A stretch of 64,000 bases of DNA, from contig OZ024741.1 of assembly GCA_964016885.1 (NCBI GenBank), forward strand, positions 239,940,001-240,004,000, written 5' to 3'. The translations under genes and the position numbers were made by a program. The notes under the pieces are model-generated. The model saw nothing but the letters and a program-made list of their open reading frames with translations, was not told the origin of the DNA and ran no database searches. Of the stretch, positions 24,610-38,459 are shown in pieces (within the stretch, counting starts at the first letter, position 1; every line of letters starts with the position of its first letter). This DNA comes from Eledone cirrhosa. Taxonomy: Eukaryota.

Positions 24610-25600
24610 CAAGCTAGTCAATCATATTGATGGCCTCCCCACAGCCCTGAGGGACAGAATGGAGAAGGCGTTTCCCCAGAGGACGGCAAAGAAGACGCGC
24701 TGGAAGAGCCATTCCAATTAGTGAAGCTTACACCTGCGGCTGGCCAGCTCAACACCTATAGTGGTGAGTAGGGAGGTAGTCTCCACTGCCAAGGGTATGA
24801 CCGCAAACCTGTCGGAGAGGGACTGGTATTTGGAGAATTTGGCCCCCTCAGCCCGACGTGCAGCAGGACCTGGGTTAGTCGCAGACTACACCAGGTTGCG
24901 GCTGGAGAAGGTGTCGGTGCAAGTGGCATCCCAGATGAGGGGTTTGCCACCACAGAATGGGAAGATCGTCATGCTGTCTGGCCTTTTGCCGTCCCCTCGG
25001 TCCAGCCCCACTGGCTTGAGCTGGGAAGCCTGCAGCGTCCAAGCCATGCTTTATGACATCGTTGAGGGCAGCATGGAGTGGAAGGCGGCCGGCACTGTGG
25101 CGACAGGAAAGCAGGTGAAGGCCAAACGAGTCCACGGTGGATCCATAGCGATATTGGAGTAGCTCGCAGATCCGGAGGCCAGGCCTCAAGGAAACGACTA
25201 TTGGGAAGGTTATTGTTATCCAGCTGCGTGCCAGTGGAGGAGGGCAAGGCATGGAGCCAGGCACCACTATGAGGTTTGGAGGCTGCACGAAAACAGGCAA
25301 GGCAGTGCTGGTTGAGCTGCCGCGTGAACCTGTCTGAGGCCAGGCTGTACTGGATGGCATCCCAAAGGCTTTGGGGGGACTTGATGTCAGCAGGGGGAGA
25401 AAGAGGAGGGACGTCTACTGGGCTAAGTCCCACGTCTCACAGGCAGCCTCATGTTCCGTAATCACAGAGGGTTCCATTGTGTTTTGGAGAACCCTGCTGA
25501 TGAGGACGCGGCATGAGGTTACGACGAAAGAAACTCCAGCAAAGCCAGGGAGATCGGGGACCGGAGGCCAAGGCCGCCATACCTGACAATACTATTATTG
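24610..25600 (-). mobile_element. GC-rich 3' fragment of an RLE-type (CRE-like) non-LTR retrotransposon
   Basis: Frameshifted peptides RYGGLGLRS, SGAWLHALPSS and HLLSCRHSAGRLPLHAALNDVIK resemble the post-RT, zinc-knuckle and restriction-like endonuclease region; sharp GC contrast with the flanks. Confidence 0.7.
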
Positions 25601-26178
25601 CTAGTCAAACTTGCTTTCACAACCACTTTGACTTTGAACATTTTCCCAAACTTCCATTTTAACCACATTGATCTTATAATGTACACAGCCATTAAATTTA
25701 CATATGACCCTCCCCTCTCTTCCCTCACTTCAGCCTAACCTAATCTATTACTATAGCCATCTTCTTTTACTCCTTTCTCATTTTACTTTTAGTCTTCTTC
25801 CTTCTGCCTCCTGCCACCTCATTTACTAAACCTAATCTCATCCTTTTTTCCTTACTATTCTCTCAAATACTCTTCTCTTTCCTTTCCTTTCACCTCTAAC
25901 TCATTCCTCTTATCCGCCTCACAATCAGCCACTTTCATAATCTCATTCTTCCCCTCTTCCTCTCTACCCCATCTCCTCGGCTCACATGCACACTCTGACC
26001 AGACTATATCCTTAAAAAATATATACAAAACAAATCTCAGCACCTCAATACTTCTCTGATGAAGCTCTATGAACACATTTATTGAAAAATGGTGGTCATA
26101 TTATAAGAGCATGAATAAATTTCATTATGAGTATTGATTTTTTTCCTCATTTACAGACTACAACACTCACAAGATCAG

Positions 26179-26231
<53 letters not shown>

Positions 26232-26236
<5 letters not shown>

Positions 26237-26418
26237 GTTTCTACGTTAGGCACAAGGCCAGCAATTACCCAGTGCATTACTGGTACTTTATTTTATCGAC
26301 CCCGTAAGGATGAAAGGCAAAGTTAAGCTTGGCGGGATTTGAACTCAGAATGGCAAGGACTGTAACCCTATACGTCAAAGCATGGCGTCCGACCCTCTAC
26401 CGATACTGCCAATTCACA
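26232..26418 (-). mobile_element. tRNA-derived SINE followed by (TA)n
   Basis: Reverse complement of the 5488-5671 family. Confidence 0.88.
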
Positions 26419-27294
26419 AGGGAACAAAGAATCAGTGTTGCATCATATACATATTTAATTACATATCACATATGTTTCACTGTCGATCAGCTCAAGGAAT
26501 GATCTATTAATGAACGAACCTGACTCTGAAATCGGAAGGTCCTCAGATATGTTTTAACATGTAGACTCGCGTCTGAGAGTGATTCTTTGTTCCCTTATAT
26601 ATTAATATTATTGATACTCTGGTAAACGAAGCAACCACGCTTTGTTGGATGTGCAATGTAAATGTGAGAGAATGACAGAGTTTGGAGGAACTGGGGTAGA
26701 AACTGGGTTTATGGGGAATCTGAATTGGTGTGCAAGAGAGCATGGATGATGATCGTTGTGTGAAATCCATGTAGAAGGAAGTTGCAGAAGTAAACCAAGG
26801 AAAACTTAGACAGAGGAGGTGAGAGCTGATCAGATAATGAAGGAACACAGTGAGTGGAAGGATGCTGTGCTGAAAAAGACCTGTCCAATGCATGTGAGCA
26901 TGAAAAAAACGGACGTAAAAACTATGGTGATGATGATATGCACATATATATATATATATAAAACTACCATTATAATTGAATGTGTGTATACATATACACA
27001 TACATTTTAATTTATAGGAGAGTAAAAAACAAAGCCCTGACTTCCAGAAATACACGAACTAACACACGTTGATAGACATTTTAGATTAAACAATAATTTT
27101 CAAAAATTATTCAAATGATCATTTTTTCAAAACCTAATACTGCAATATTGAAGTAAGGGTTAAACATTTTTTTTTTTTTTTCAGAATCTAAAAATTGAAT
27201 TTAGACTCATTCTCATTCATTAATAGTAATATAAATAGTTGATAATACATTTCAGAAAATATCAAAAAATAATATAGCCAATATGATTATTAAC

Positions 27295-27460
27295 CTGATA
27301 TTCCTGGTAATTCTTCATAATGTTTCATATCACCTTCATTCAATACACGTCTACTACTTCTCTTAGATGACATTGTATCTGATGTATAGTTACAAACTAT
27401 AGGAGGATTATCTTCCACAGCATCATCACTTGATGTCACCACAACAGGTTGACAATATTT
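27295..27460 (-). CDS. PCDH: Protocadherin B exon 3: KYCQPVVVTSSDDAVEDNPP...KHYEELPGIS
   Basis: Acceptor ttgtcaacag, 166 nt, donor CAG|gttaat; conserved in B-E. Confidence 0.87.
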
Positions 27461-27643
27461 CTGTTGACAAACAAACCAAGAGAAATGTGAGGAGACATCA
27501 AACAATCCTAGTTACAATAAACATGTAGTTTACAATTTAATATTGGACTATATTATTGAAGATAAAACATTGTTAAAATAATCTTATTGTTTATCTTTTA
27601 CATATAAAGTAAAGATAGAAAATATTTTAATCTTTTCACTTAC

Positions 27644-30019
27644 TGGGGTAGGTTTTGGTAAAGTTCTTGACTGAACTGAAGCTTCATATTTATTCTGTAG
27701 CTGACCTTCTGAATAACATTCACTCTTTGATCTCTCAGAATATATATTTCTTTTTATCATCTCTTCTGTATTCCTTGACATAGCAACAGGATTGTTAGAC
27801 TGATACAACAATTGTTTCATCTCTGTTCTACCTTGGTATGCTGTAGTCTTTGTTGTAGTAGCTGTGTTATCTCTGTGTTTAATACATTTCATTATACACA
27901 GTGTTATAGAAACAACAATAGCCACTGATACTATTACTGCTGATGATACAATGATAATAACCCATGTCATATGGACTCTACCTGAAGATTGTAAAGGTAC
28001 ACTTTTCAACATTGGTGATGTCTCATTACTAACAGCCAATACCAAAGTCACACTAGTTGTTGATGACTGAACTGGACTACCACTGTCTTTTACAACAAAC
28101 TTTAGTTCATAACTTCCAGCATCATTTAGATAAACTTGTCTGGAGAATGATAAAGCACCACTGTGTGAGTTCATAGTAAACAACTGTTTATTATTTCCTT
28201 GTATGATTCCATATGTGAGGAAAGCATTGTTTCCACTGTCACCATCAGATGCTCTCAAAACTGTGATGTCACTCTTACTCTGGGGATGGTAGTGGACATT
28301 TAGGGTGTAAGGGTTAACACTAGGAAAGGTGAAGTATGGAACATTGTCATTTTGATCTAAAATCTCAACAACAACATTAGCTGTGTCATTTAGAGATGGA
28401 CTTCCATTATCTTTGACAAAAACCTCAAATTTATACACATCTTGTTTCTCTCTGTCTAATGACATGGTGGCTGAAATAAAGCCATAACTGGTGATCAGAA
28501 ATGGTAGATTTGATTTTTCTTTATGTATCAGAGAATATGTGAGTTGTCCAGCAGATCCAAGGTCAGGGTCAGTGGCATTGACAAAACCAATAGGGAAGTC
28601 TTTATCTTTGTTTTCATAGGTCAGGAATTGGAATGTATCTTTGGTAAACTGTGGTTGTACATCATTGATATCAGTCACTTGGATAGAGAGAGTTTTAACA
28701 CTTTTAAGAGGTGGTAATCCTTTATCTTGACAGGAGACAGGAATGTTATAGTGTCCTTGTGTTTCTCTGTCTACTGGTTTATTTAGAACTATTTTATATT
28801 CTTTAGATCCCATTGACTGTAGTTTGAATGTATCATGTTTGATATCACAGCTGACCTCTCCATTTTGTCCAACATCATTGTCAGTGACCATCACATAAGC
28901 AATGAAACTACCAACTTTGATCTTCTCAGAAATAGTTCCTAAGTTATAATTGGTTGCAGAAACATAATCTATATCAATAGATGGAGGGTTGTTGTGTTGG
29001 TTGAGAACATTTACCAGAACTGTTGCTATGGAACTGAATGGAGGGTTGCCTCCATCTCTAGCCTCAATAAACAGTTCATAGGTTTTCTTTTTTCCCAAAC
29101 TTGAATATTTACTTAAGAAAATATTTCCACTGGTTTCATTTAATTGGAAATAACGTTTTGCTAGATCCGATGTCTTTGGACTGAAATGGAAAGTAATTTT
29201 ACCATTTTCACCTAAGTCAGCATCTGTTACAGATAAAACAATGATAGGTTTAGATTTGTGATGTGTACTTTGTACTGATATATTATATAAAGGTTTAGAA
29301 AATACAGGTGGGTTATCATTTAAATCTGTTACAGAGATATTTATATTTAAAATACCTTGCTTTGATGGTGAACCTCCATCTTTAGCTATGACCTGTAGTA
29401 AATATGTGTCTTTGATTTCTCTGTCTAATGATTCTTTCAAAACTATGTTAAGAGAAGAAATACCATCTGCTCTTTTAGAGACTGAAAGAGAAAATGGTTC
29501 ACCATTCTTGGATTTTAATTTATATTGTATTAATGAATTTTGAAAACCAACATCTTTGTCCATAGCATTTGGTAGTGATCGTTTTGAACTGATACGTGCA
29601 TCTTCTCCAAACAAGATATTTACAGTTTTCCTAGGAAACTCAGGTTGATGGTCATTGATGTCTTCTATTACTATTTTGACTTTCAATATTTTTGTAAAAG
29701 TTTCCACTTTCTTCATTATAATTTTAACAGTTCTAGAACATTCCTTGTTGAATGTACAGAGCTTCTCTGCATCCAGTGTCTGAGCAGTGTACAGTTTACC
29801 TGTTTTGGTGATATTAAATAACTGTGCCACCTTTCGTTTAAATTGACTGAATATTATCAATTGTTGGTCAGATGGTTTAACATTGTCTAAAAGTTTAGAA
29901 TCAGCAGCAATGTCTGCTACATATGTTCCTGGACTTCTCTCTTCTTCCACATGGTAGGTAAGGTCTATGGTCAGAACACAGTGGACCATTGATAATACAA
30001 TAGACAATGACAGTAACAT
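27644..30019 (-). CDS. PCDH: Protocadherin B exon 2 coding part (792 codons)
   Basis: Same domain layout as A; acceptor gives exon start 30067; donor CCA|gtaagt. Confidence 0.95.
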
Positions 30020-33000
30020 GTTGTATTGGTATTGGTTAATGATGTCCAGAAATCTTGAGGATTGAACCTAAAACAGAAATATAATTTCACCAATTATAAT
30101 TATTTTACATAATCCATACATTAAGGAAACAAAATTGTATATTATTTTGTTCACAGCTTTATCTGAAAACAAGTGCCATTTGTAGTCTTTGTAGGTCATT
30201 TATTGTATATGTCATAAGCAGGTTTCAGAGAGATGTAGCTTGTTGTGGCACTATACTGTCTCATTGCATGTCTTTCATTTTGAATATTTTTGCTACTTAA
30301 AATAGATGGTCTGTGTTCAAAGTGAGATATGCATATGTCCCCTCAGAATTGACATAATCTATAATAGATCTAAAATATTGTTAGCATACTATTATTTTTC
30401 CTCTCTATTAGCAATATGGTGAGATTGTGAGTGCTCTAGATATATTTGTGATTTATTTTTCTGTTTTATTACATCTTCTATATGTACTGTAAATGTACGT
30501 AATTCCAAGTATTTTTGTCATTTATCTATGTCAGGTATGTTTATTGAATGTGATTGATTTGTAGTATTTGATGCTACCTGTTATTGCTGTTAAGAAGGGA
30601 GACAGTAGTTTCAGTAGGTGGTACATTTAATTTATGTGATTGAGACCAGGTCTCTTAGCAGTTATGTAGGGTTGAAGTAGTTTTGTAGTTAAAAGTAAAA
30701 GCTGTAGACTCCCTTCCTTCAAGAATTACCATGGGTTTTGCATCTAGAAAGTTCCTTCCGAGGCACAAACCTGGGCTAAGTGTTTCTGTGGAAAGCCAGT
30801 CACACATGGATACCAGTCTCCCCTTGCCTCACCACCAATACAGCTTGACAGCAGAGACATCACAGCTGATTTCTGCAGCTAAGTGAACTGAAACAATGTG
30901 AAATAAAGTGTATTGATCAAAGACACAATGCCTTGTCCTGTCCAGGAATCAAACTCACAACCACATGGTTGTGAAGCCAATTCTCTAATCACTATACCAC
31001 ACACCAAGCAGGGAAAAGCAGACGTAAAATGTTGATGATGATGATGATGATATATACACCTCCTGTGTATATTTTATGAAGTGTGATGAGTAGGACAGAA
31101 TCTGTTAGTATTAATATTTTGAGCTATAGACCAGGGTTTCTTAATGCTCCAAGCCAAGCCAAGCCAAGCCAAACTAAGCAAACATGTATTTCCAATAACA
31201 CTGAATTTCTAATTTCAAGTAATTAAGATTTCATTTTACTTCATTGTTAAAAATATCTCAACATTAAGTACAAGAAAGAACTTGTCAAATTATGTTTATC
31301 ATAAACCCATGCTAGCATGGAAGATAAACGTCAAACAATGATGATGATATATTATAAATAATCTCATAAAAAACTTTTTAGATAAAGTTTATACTCAAAG
31401 CAAAAATTGAAGGATGAGAAAAACTCTAAAAATCCACTCCCACTGCTCACTTATTTTTGGGACTCCAGCTGAACATTTTGTCACTTCATCTTGAGACAAA
31501 TACAATAGGGGGGGGGGGGGGGGGGACTCAGTCCTAAAAGAAAAAAACAAAGCCACTCATTAATGGGCGACGCTTATTATTACCTAATAATAAATTAGCA
31601 ATGTGAGATTACATTACACATCCATATAGATGCAATATGACTGAATGGTTAAGAAATTTGCTTTAAAATCATGAAGTTCTTGGGCATGTGTTTTTTACTA
31701 TAGCCCCTCAGATCAAAATAAAACTTGCCAGTGATATTGGGGAGAGAAAAACTTTGTGGAAGCCCATTGGAAAGATTGTACATGTAATTCAAAGGGCCAA
31801 CCTTGTCACACACTGTGTCATGCTGAATCTGCCTATGAATTATATTAAGGGGACATACATATGTGGAATACTCAGTCACTTACACATTAATTCAATGAGT
31901 AGGTTGTCCCATTGATTGAACAACTGGAACATTCATTATCAAAACTGATGGAGGTTCATTTACTTTCCCTTTTTTATACATGCCTTAAGATTTATAATAA
32001 TGATTTATATTTTAAAACTAAGTATGGCTGTAGATACAAATATAATGTATGGAACAGAATTACAAGTAAATATTGTTGAGGATTACTTTTTGATTTCATG
32101 CACCACAGAATCATTTTCTTTCATTCCAATCACCATACTGTTTAATGTCTTTTTCTAATGATAGCCACTCTCAATTAATTTTGAAAATATTCAAGAATTT
32201 AGAGGAATTAATTAAAATAAATTTATTATTATTATTAAGCTACAAGCGTTACAGAAATGATGATAGAAGGCATTTAGATAAATATAAATACTGTAAAATA
32301 AATAGCTTAATATAGAACCAGGGCAGTTTGGCAATAAAAGGGTTAACTGAAAACAGTTCTTCTTAACATTCAAACATAGGTAATTCTTTGAATAGATTAA
32401 ATAGGCAAAATGAACAATTTAGGGGGTTATTGGCATATGTAGAACTATTGTAATATCTAAATGATACAAATAATACTAATGAACAAAGCACTAAATATGT
32501 TGGTGTACAGTCATAAGCTAAATTTGTACATGTTTTTCTTTTCACAATGAGGTTGGAACAATTACATAAAATATAAACATGCATTATGTATAGGAAGAAG
32601 TAAATTACATTACATTTATTGAATAAAAAACTAGTTACATAAAATTGTAAAACATTCTGAATATGCATTTCATAAGTAATATTCAATATATTTCTCCTGA
32701 TATAAGTAATCCATAAGGAAAATTATTATTATGATATTAAATCATATAATAATGTTAAAATATAACTTCATGAAATAACAGAAAATAATGCAAGAAAAAA
32801 TTAATATCTTGATTGAATTAATTTTAGTATGTAAATTTTGTTAAGTTACATTATAGAATTAATGACTTAAATATTAACACATTTTTGATTAATTTGTAAA
32901 TAAAAGAAAATGTACATCGTGGGAAGAGCATGTATAAAACATATTTCAATAATTTAAAATTCAGCTGGACCTTAAAAATATGTGCCACATTTTCTATGTC

Positions 33001-33483
33001 TGATAGATGTGAAACCTACTATATCTGCCATTAGTCCTAACTGAAATCTATAACACACCGTTACCTCATCACTGCTAACAATCTATACACTATAATCACA
33101 ATGGAACACATTATAAAATATTTATTTATACTTTATATTAACCAGCTTAAAATCATTCATCTACTATAAACAACATTACACGTTCCTTACAACAAATACA
33201 AACACTAATTACAACAATACACTCTATAAACTGTTCTCTATTGTTGCTGATCAATATATTTAACAAATATATACACACAGATAATATGGTTTCGATGGAA
33301 TAAAGTCTAAACATTTTAACCAACATCAGCCAATTCATTGTAATATGATACAATATGAACAATATTACTGAAAAATATATGTAAATGATTGTTCAAGTTC
33401 TTTGTTCTCAAGTTAATATTACAGATTTACTGAGATTTAGTATATTAAATGAGATTATAAAATGAGATTAAATTAAAACTTAC

Positions 33484-33925
33484 CTCTTTAATAATTATAT
33501 CATTGGTTATTCAGTGAGAATAGAAAGATGTATTGTTGTAGAAAGCTCCATTGTAAGTGCTGCTGTAATGGTGTGTGACAATGGCTGTATGTTGATGGAG
33601 TAGTGTAGCACGTCAGGCAGATAGTCTGCTGCTAGGATAGGGTTGTGTGTGTTATTGAAGTTGTATGTTTGTGGCAGTACATCTCTCTAATAATATTGTG
33701 TGTGTATTTATCCTTAACTATGATGTTTGTTTACTGTTATCAATAACTATTTACATATATATAGCTATATATATTTAAATAGCTACAATATTCTATATAG
33801 TTAAACATAACATGTTTGGTTAAATAACATCAGCAATGTCAATGTTTCTCCTTGTTAGTGATTTCTGTCTATGTTTTAGTGAGAATCTGATTGGTTGAAT
33901 GACCTAAACAGAAGACCAATGACAT
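33484..33925 (-). promoter_or_regulatory. Protocadherin B non-coding exon 1 and promoter cassette
   Basis: Donor at 33483, TATTTAAA 33774-33781, AACCAATCAG 33887-33896. Confidence 0.75.
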
Positions 33926-34476
33926 TCTTCTCTTTAATATTGATTTGTTTCCACAAAGTAGACAACTTCAATTCGCAACAGGGTATAAGTGGGATAGTGT
34001 GGCATTCATGCTTTCATCATGGGCCTTAGTAATATTAATAACTAGATACATTTTAAATACATTTCTTCTTAAAAATATGTTAGCGTTAATAGTTTCACTA
34101 AAACTTATATTTATTCACATTTCATTAAAAATCCTTTTAAAAAATTTTACAAAAAATTATTTAGTTTTCTACTCATCCATTTACCTATAACTTTTACCAT
34201 TTACCTATAACTAGTAAAAATTAATGAAACTGGAAGGTATATTACAAACAATTATAAAACATTTGAAATACACTGAATTGAATATATCTACTTTATATCT
34301 ATTTACTGGTCTTCGATACAATATAATATGTAGCTATCAAAATATCATTGCTGCTTATTCTTGTTTTGGTAGAATATATACTGCTATATAGTTGAGGTTA
34401 TTAAAGAAAGTATTTGTTGTTGTTGTGTACTGAACAGACTATATTCAAACATAGCTGAGTGATTTTACTAATGCAA

Positions 34477-34553
34477 TTATACATGTTTCACTGGTGTTTC
34501 TTCACTGGAATCTTTTGATGTAGATGTATCATTGTTTTTATATATATTTTGAT
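34477..34553 (-). CDS. PCDH: Protocadherin C exon 4 (terminal, ...EETPVKHV*)
   Basis: Acceptor ttccag; identical in coding to B exon 4. Confidence 0.8.
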
Positions 34554-34704
34554 CTGGAATTTAGATACAAAATACAGTTTTATGTAGTTAAGAAAATGAC
34601 CATCAAGTAAACAATATGACTAAAGATCTATTTTGGAATTTTATTAGAAGAGAGTGTCTATGAATAATAAGTGAGTAAATTAATTCTTATATATATATAT
34701 ATAT

Positions 34705-34850
34705 GGAGGCACATGGCTTAGTGGTTAGAGCATTGGCCTTGCAATCAAAAGGTTGTGAGTTCAATTCTCAGACTGGGTGATGTGTTGTTTCCTTGAGCAA
34801 GACACTTTATTTCACATTGCTCCAGTTTACTCAGCTGTAGAAATGAGATG
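34705..34850 (+). mobile_element. Second tRNA-derived SINE family, fused to an RTE-like 3' tail running to ~35045
   Basis: TGGCTTAGTGGTTAGAGC A-box, GAGTTCAATTC B-box and ccttgagcaagacactt core; decayed minus copies at ~30870-31000 and ~54970-55050. Confidence 0.7.
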
Positions 34851-35239
34851 ATAGGGACTGGGGTCCATATCATTCCACTGCAAAGTGGTCGTGCAGGTGC
34901 CACGGCAAAAAAGCACCCAGCACTCACTGTAAATGAGGTTGGTGTTAGGAAGGGCATCCAGCTGTAGAAATCAGGCCAGAATCAGTTCCCGTCCCACCCT
35001 TTCAAGCAGGAAAAAAGCGGACGTAAAATGATGATGATGATGATATATATATACATACACACACACCACCCAACCCATGTAAGCATAGAGAAATGGATAT
35101 AAAATGAATATATAAGCATGTATGTATGTATATATATATATATATATATCATCATTTTACGTCCGCTTATATATATATAAGTGAACACACACACGCACAT
35201 ATATATATATATATATATATACATATACATACACACACA

Positions 35240-35508
35240 CATACGTATGGTTTATATCGAAAATTAATAAAAATGTTCGATTCATTTGTAAACAAACGGC
35301 CCAATTTGAAGCTGTGCCGTGCTGGTGACCGATTGTCACCTGTTTGTTCAACACTGGCTTTGAGGAACAATCAACATGTTTCATTACCCTTAATCCGGAC
35401 TGTATACCTCTGCCAGTCTGTTGAACAGTTGAAAATATATTTATAATGTTTGATTCGTTTACAAATGAATCAAACCTTATTAATGTTCGATATAACCCAT
35501 ACATACAT
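35240..35508. mobile_element. MITE with ~55-bp imperfect terminal inverted repeats
   Basis: gtatggtttatatcgaa...gattcatttgtaaac versus gtttacaaatgaatc...ttcgatataacccatac. Confidence 0.65.
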
Positions 35509-35675
35509 ATGTATATATGTGTGTGTATGTGTGCATACTTACATTTATGTATCAGCTGTACTAGGGCGAGAAAAAACATCCTATATATATATATGTATAT
35601 ATATATAAATGAAAAATCAAAAGATTAGAAAATTAACGAATCTATACAAATCATATTATATAAATAATAATATTA

Positions 35676-36032
35676 AAGATTTGAAGATGCACCTAAAGTT
35701 TTCTATATACACGCAAATTTACAGTACGGATTGAAAAGAAATTAGTTCATACAAACATTTTTTTTTTTTTAAATATAGGAAGATTTTCAGAAATAGTTAT
35801 AATTATCTAATTAGTTTTTGTACTAACCGGTTTCACAATCAGTAGCTTTTAAAAGTTTCATGAAATTTTGAAAAGCTACTGATAGTAAAATACTAATTAG
35901 TTAATAATAACTATTTCTGAAATCCCACCTATATTATTTTTTAAAAAGCTATAATTTTTGTTCATGAACTAATTTCTTTTCATTATGTAAATTTGCACAT
36001 ATATAGAAAACCTTAAGTGCATCTTCAAATTT
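35676..36032. repeat. Imperfect fold-back palindrome (~360 bp) centred on tttcatgaaa
   Basis: tttgaagatgcac..ttttctatat pairs with atatagaaaa..gtgcatcttcaaa; cagaaatagttat pairs with ataactatttctg; atcagtagctttt pairs with aaaagctactgat. Confidence 0.8.
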
Positions 36033-36489
36033 TTTTATTTAAAAAAAATTCTTAAAATAATTATTTTCTGTATGTGTATATCTATATATCTATCTATCTA
36101 TCTCTCTCTCTATATATATATATATATTTGTGTGTTCCGAAGAGATTGTTTTGGTAAAAAACAGGAGCAAGCAGGAGAAAGCTCTCAACAGTTTGCAGTT
36201 GCGATGGAGATTCAGCATAATAATAACATTAATAAAGATGCTTGACTCACGAGCAGAAGGACGAGTGTTTTGTTTCCTGCTGGCAGCATATTACAAAATC
36301 AAATTTCATCTGAGGATACCATTCTCATAACAGCAACAAATGCATGGATTACATCTTGATTGCATGGGAGAATCGTTGAAATAATTATAATGAATAAATG
36401 ATTTATGTAACATCAGCATCTTTATTAATGCTATTCATCATCATCATCATCATCATCATCATACGTCCGCTTTCCCCTGCTTGCAAGGC

Positions 36490-37492
36490 TAGGATCTCAG
36501 GAAGCTTAACTAAGAATGTAGGCTTCACATGTAGCAGCTGTGCTGGGAGAGCAAGCAGCAAACAGCCAGAGGAAACAAGTACCACCAATCTCTGGGAGGA
36601 CTCTGTAGAAACAGTAGACAGCTTCTGCTACCTAGGTGACCGAATTAGCAGCGGAGGTGGGTGTTCAGAAAGTACAATAACTAGAGTAAGAACGGGATTG
36701 AAGAAGTTTAGGGAACTACTACCACTGCTAGCTGCAAAAGGCTTCTCCCTCAAAATGAAAGGCAGATTGTATGATGCGTGTATACGAACAGCAATGTTAC
36801 ATGGTAGTGAGACCTGGGCGCTGTCTGTGGAAGACTTGCGTAGATTAGAAATAAATGAAGCATGCTCTGATGGATGTGTAATAGTAATATACGTGAACGG
36901 CAAAGCATAAACGAATTGAGAGAGAGACTGAGCATAAGAGGAATCAAATGTTGTGTGCAGGAGAGGCGGTTGTGCTGGTATGGACATGTGATGCATATGA
37001 AGAATGACAGCTGCATAAAAAGGTGCAGAGCACTAGAAGTCGATAGAAACCGCGGACTGGGGAGACCCAAGAAGACCTGGGATGAGGTGACAAAAGCCGA
37101 CCTTACCCAATTACACCTGTCAAAAGCGATGACACACGACTGTGACCTCTGGCGTCACGCAGTAATACAGAAGACCCGGCCCCCCACGGGTACAAGCCGA
37201 AGCTGAAGCATGCCCCCACACCCTCCCATTGCAAAGTGATTGTGGAGGTGCCACGACAAAAAAGCACCCAGCCCACACTGTAAAGTGACCGTGTAGGCGC
37301 CACAGAAAAAAAGCACCCAGCACTCACTGTAAATGAGGTTGGTGTTAGGAAGGGCATCCAACTGTAGAAATCAAGCCAGAATCAGTTTCCATATGAGCAA
37401 GGCATGGTCAACCGACTGGACACTGCCCACAACAGGACAACCCGTCTAACCCATGCTAGCATGAAAGAACGGACGTAAAACGGTGATGATGA
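36490..37492 (+). mobile_element. 5'-truncated RTE LINE
   Basis: ORFs 36398..36910 and 36874..37206 match the RTE C-terminal region; (GAT)n tail. Confidence 0.9.
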
Positions 37493-38125
37493 TATATATA
37501 TATATATATATATATATGGATGTCATCATCATCATCATTTTACGTCCGCTTTTCCCTGCTTGCAAGGGTGTGTGTATATAAATAGAGAGAGAAACATAAC
37601 ACACACACACACGAGTAAGTATTTATTAATCTTCTAATATTTATAATAGATTTGAATTAACAGATACGATTAAATAAAGAGCACTTCACACATAAGGTGG
37701 ATTTTATATGTGTGTGTATATATATATATATATACACACACATGTACATACAGTGATTTGAAAGTTGGAAAATGAAATTATGAAGGAAGTTACAGGGTGA
37801 GACGAGTGATGGAAATGAATGCAGAGGAAGGCAGAGAAAAGTGAAAATTAAGAAAGAAATAGCTAAAGATGATGGAGGAAGAAATCAGAGGCAGATGTTT
37901 GCTGAGGGCAGATGTTTGCTGAGGGCAGATGTAGACAATAGAGAAAACTGAAGAAGTCTGTCATTGTTGTTTTGTTCTGAAGATATTAAAGAAAACTTAA
38001 ATTATTAAAATGATAATTTCTTCATGAAAATAAACCTGTTTCATGAATTTCAATGAATACAATAGTATTCTATATTTGATATAGCTATTAATACATGTTT
38101 ACATCTCACATTATATCAAAGTAAA

Positions 38126-38311
38126 GGCGGTGGATGGCAGTACCGGTAGAGAGTCGGACGCCATGCTTTGCAGCAAAGAGTTACGGCCCTTTATCGTCTG
38201 AGTTCAAATCCCGCCGAGGTTAACTTTGTCTTTCATCCTTATGGGGTGGATAAAATAAAGTACCAGTATTACACTGGGATAATTGCTGGCCTTGTGCCAA
38301 AAGTAGAAACA
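38126..38311 (+). mobile_element. tRNA-derived SINE with 16-bp target-site duplication
   Basis: Same family as 5488-5671; flanked by attatatcaaagtaaa on both sides. Confidence 0.9.
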
Positions 38312-38344
38312 ATTATATCAAAGTAAAATATTGGCAATATATTT

Positions 38345-38400
38345 ATTAACAAGGTATTCCTGGTAACTGTTTAATAATGTTTCATGTCACCTTCATTCAA
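38345..38400 (-). pseudogene. Decayed partial duplicate of the 3' end of exon 3
   Basis: Minus strand reads TTGAATGAAGGTGACATGAAACATTATTAA (LNEGDMKHY*)...CCAGGAATAC. Confidence 0.7.
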
Positions 38401-38459
38401 AAGAGAAGATCGAATTGTGTTTCACTCACGTACTATGGCACAAACCTTCTAACAGATTT

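Noticed and set aside
21570-26080. An older decayed LINE hosting the RTE and CRE-like insertions
   Set aside because: Strand-biased composition is suggestive, but I could not recover clear motifs.
27584-27643. C-terminus VSEKIKIFSIFTLYVKDKQ as the main protein end
   Set aside because: It begins exactly at a consensus GTAAGT donor and differs in A and E, so it is best read as intron read-through.
31508-31526. Poly-G run as a functional G-quadruplex
   Set aside because: Isolated homopolymer not present in the paralogous introns; its length is unreliable.
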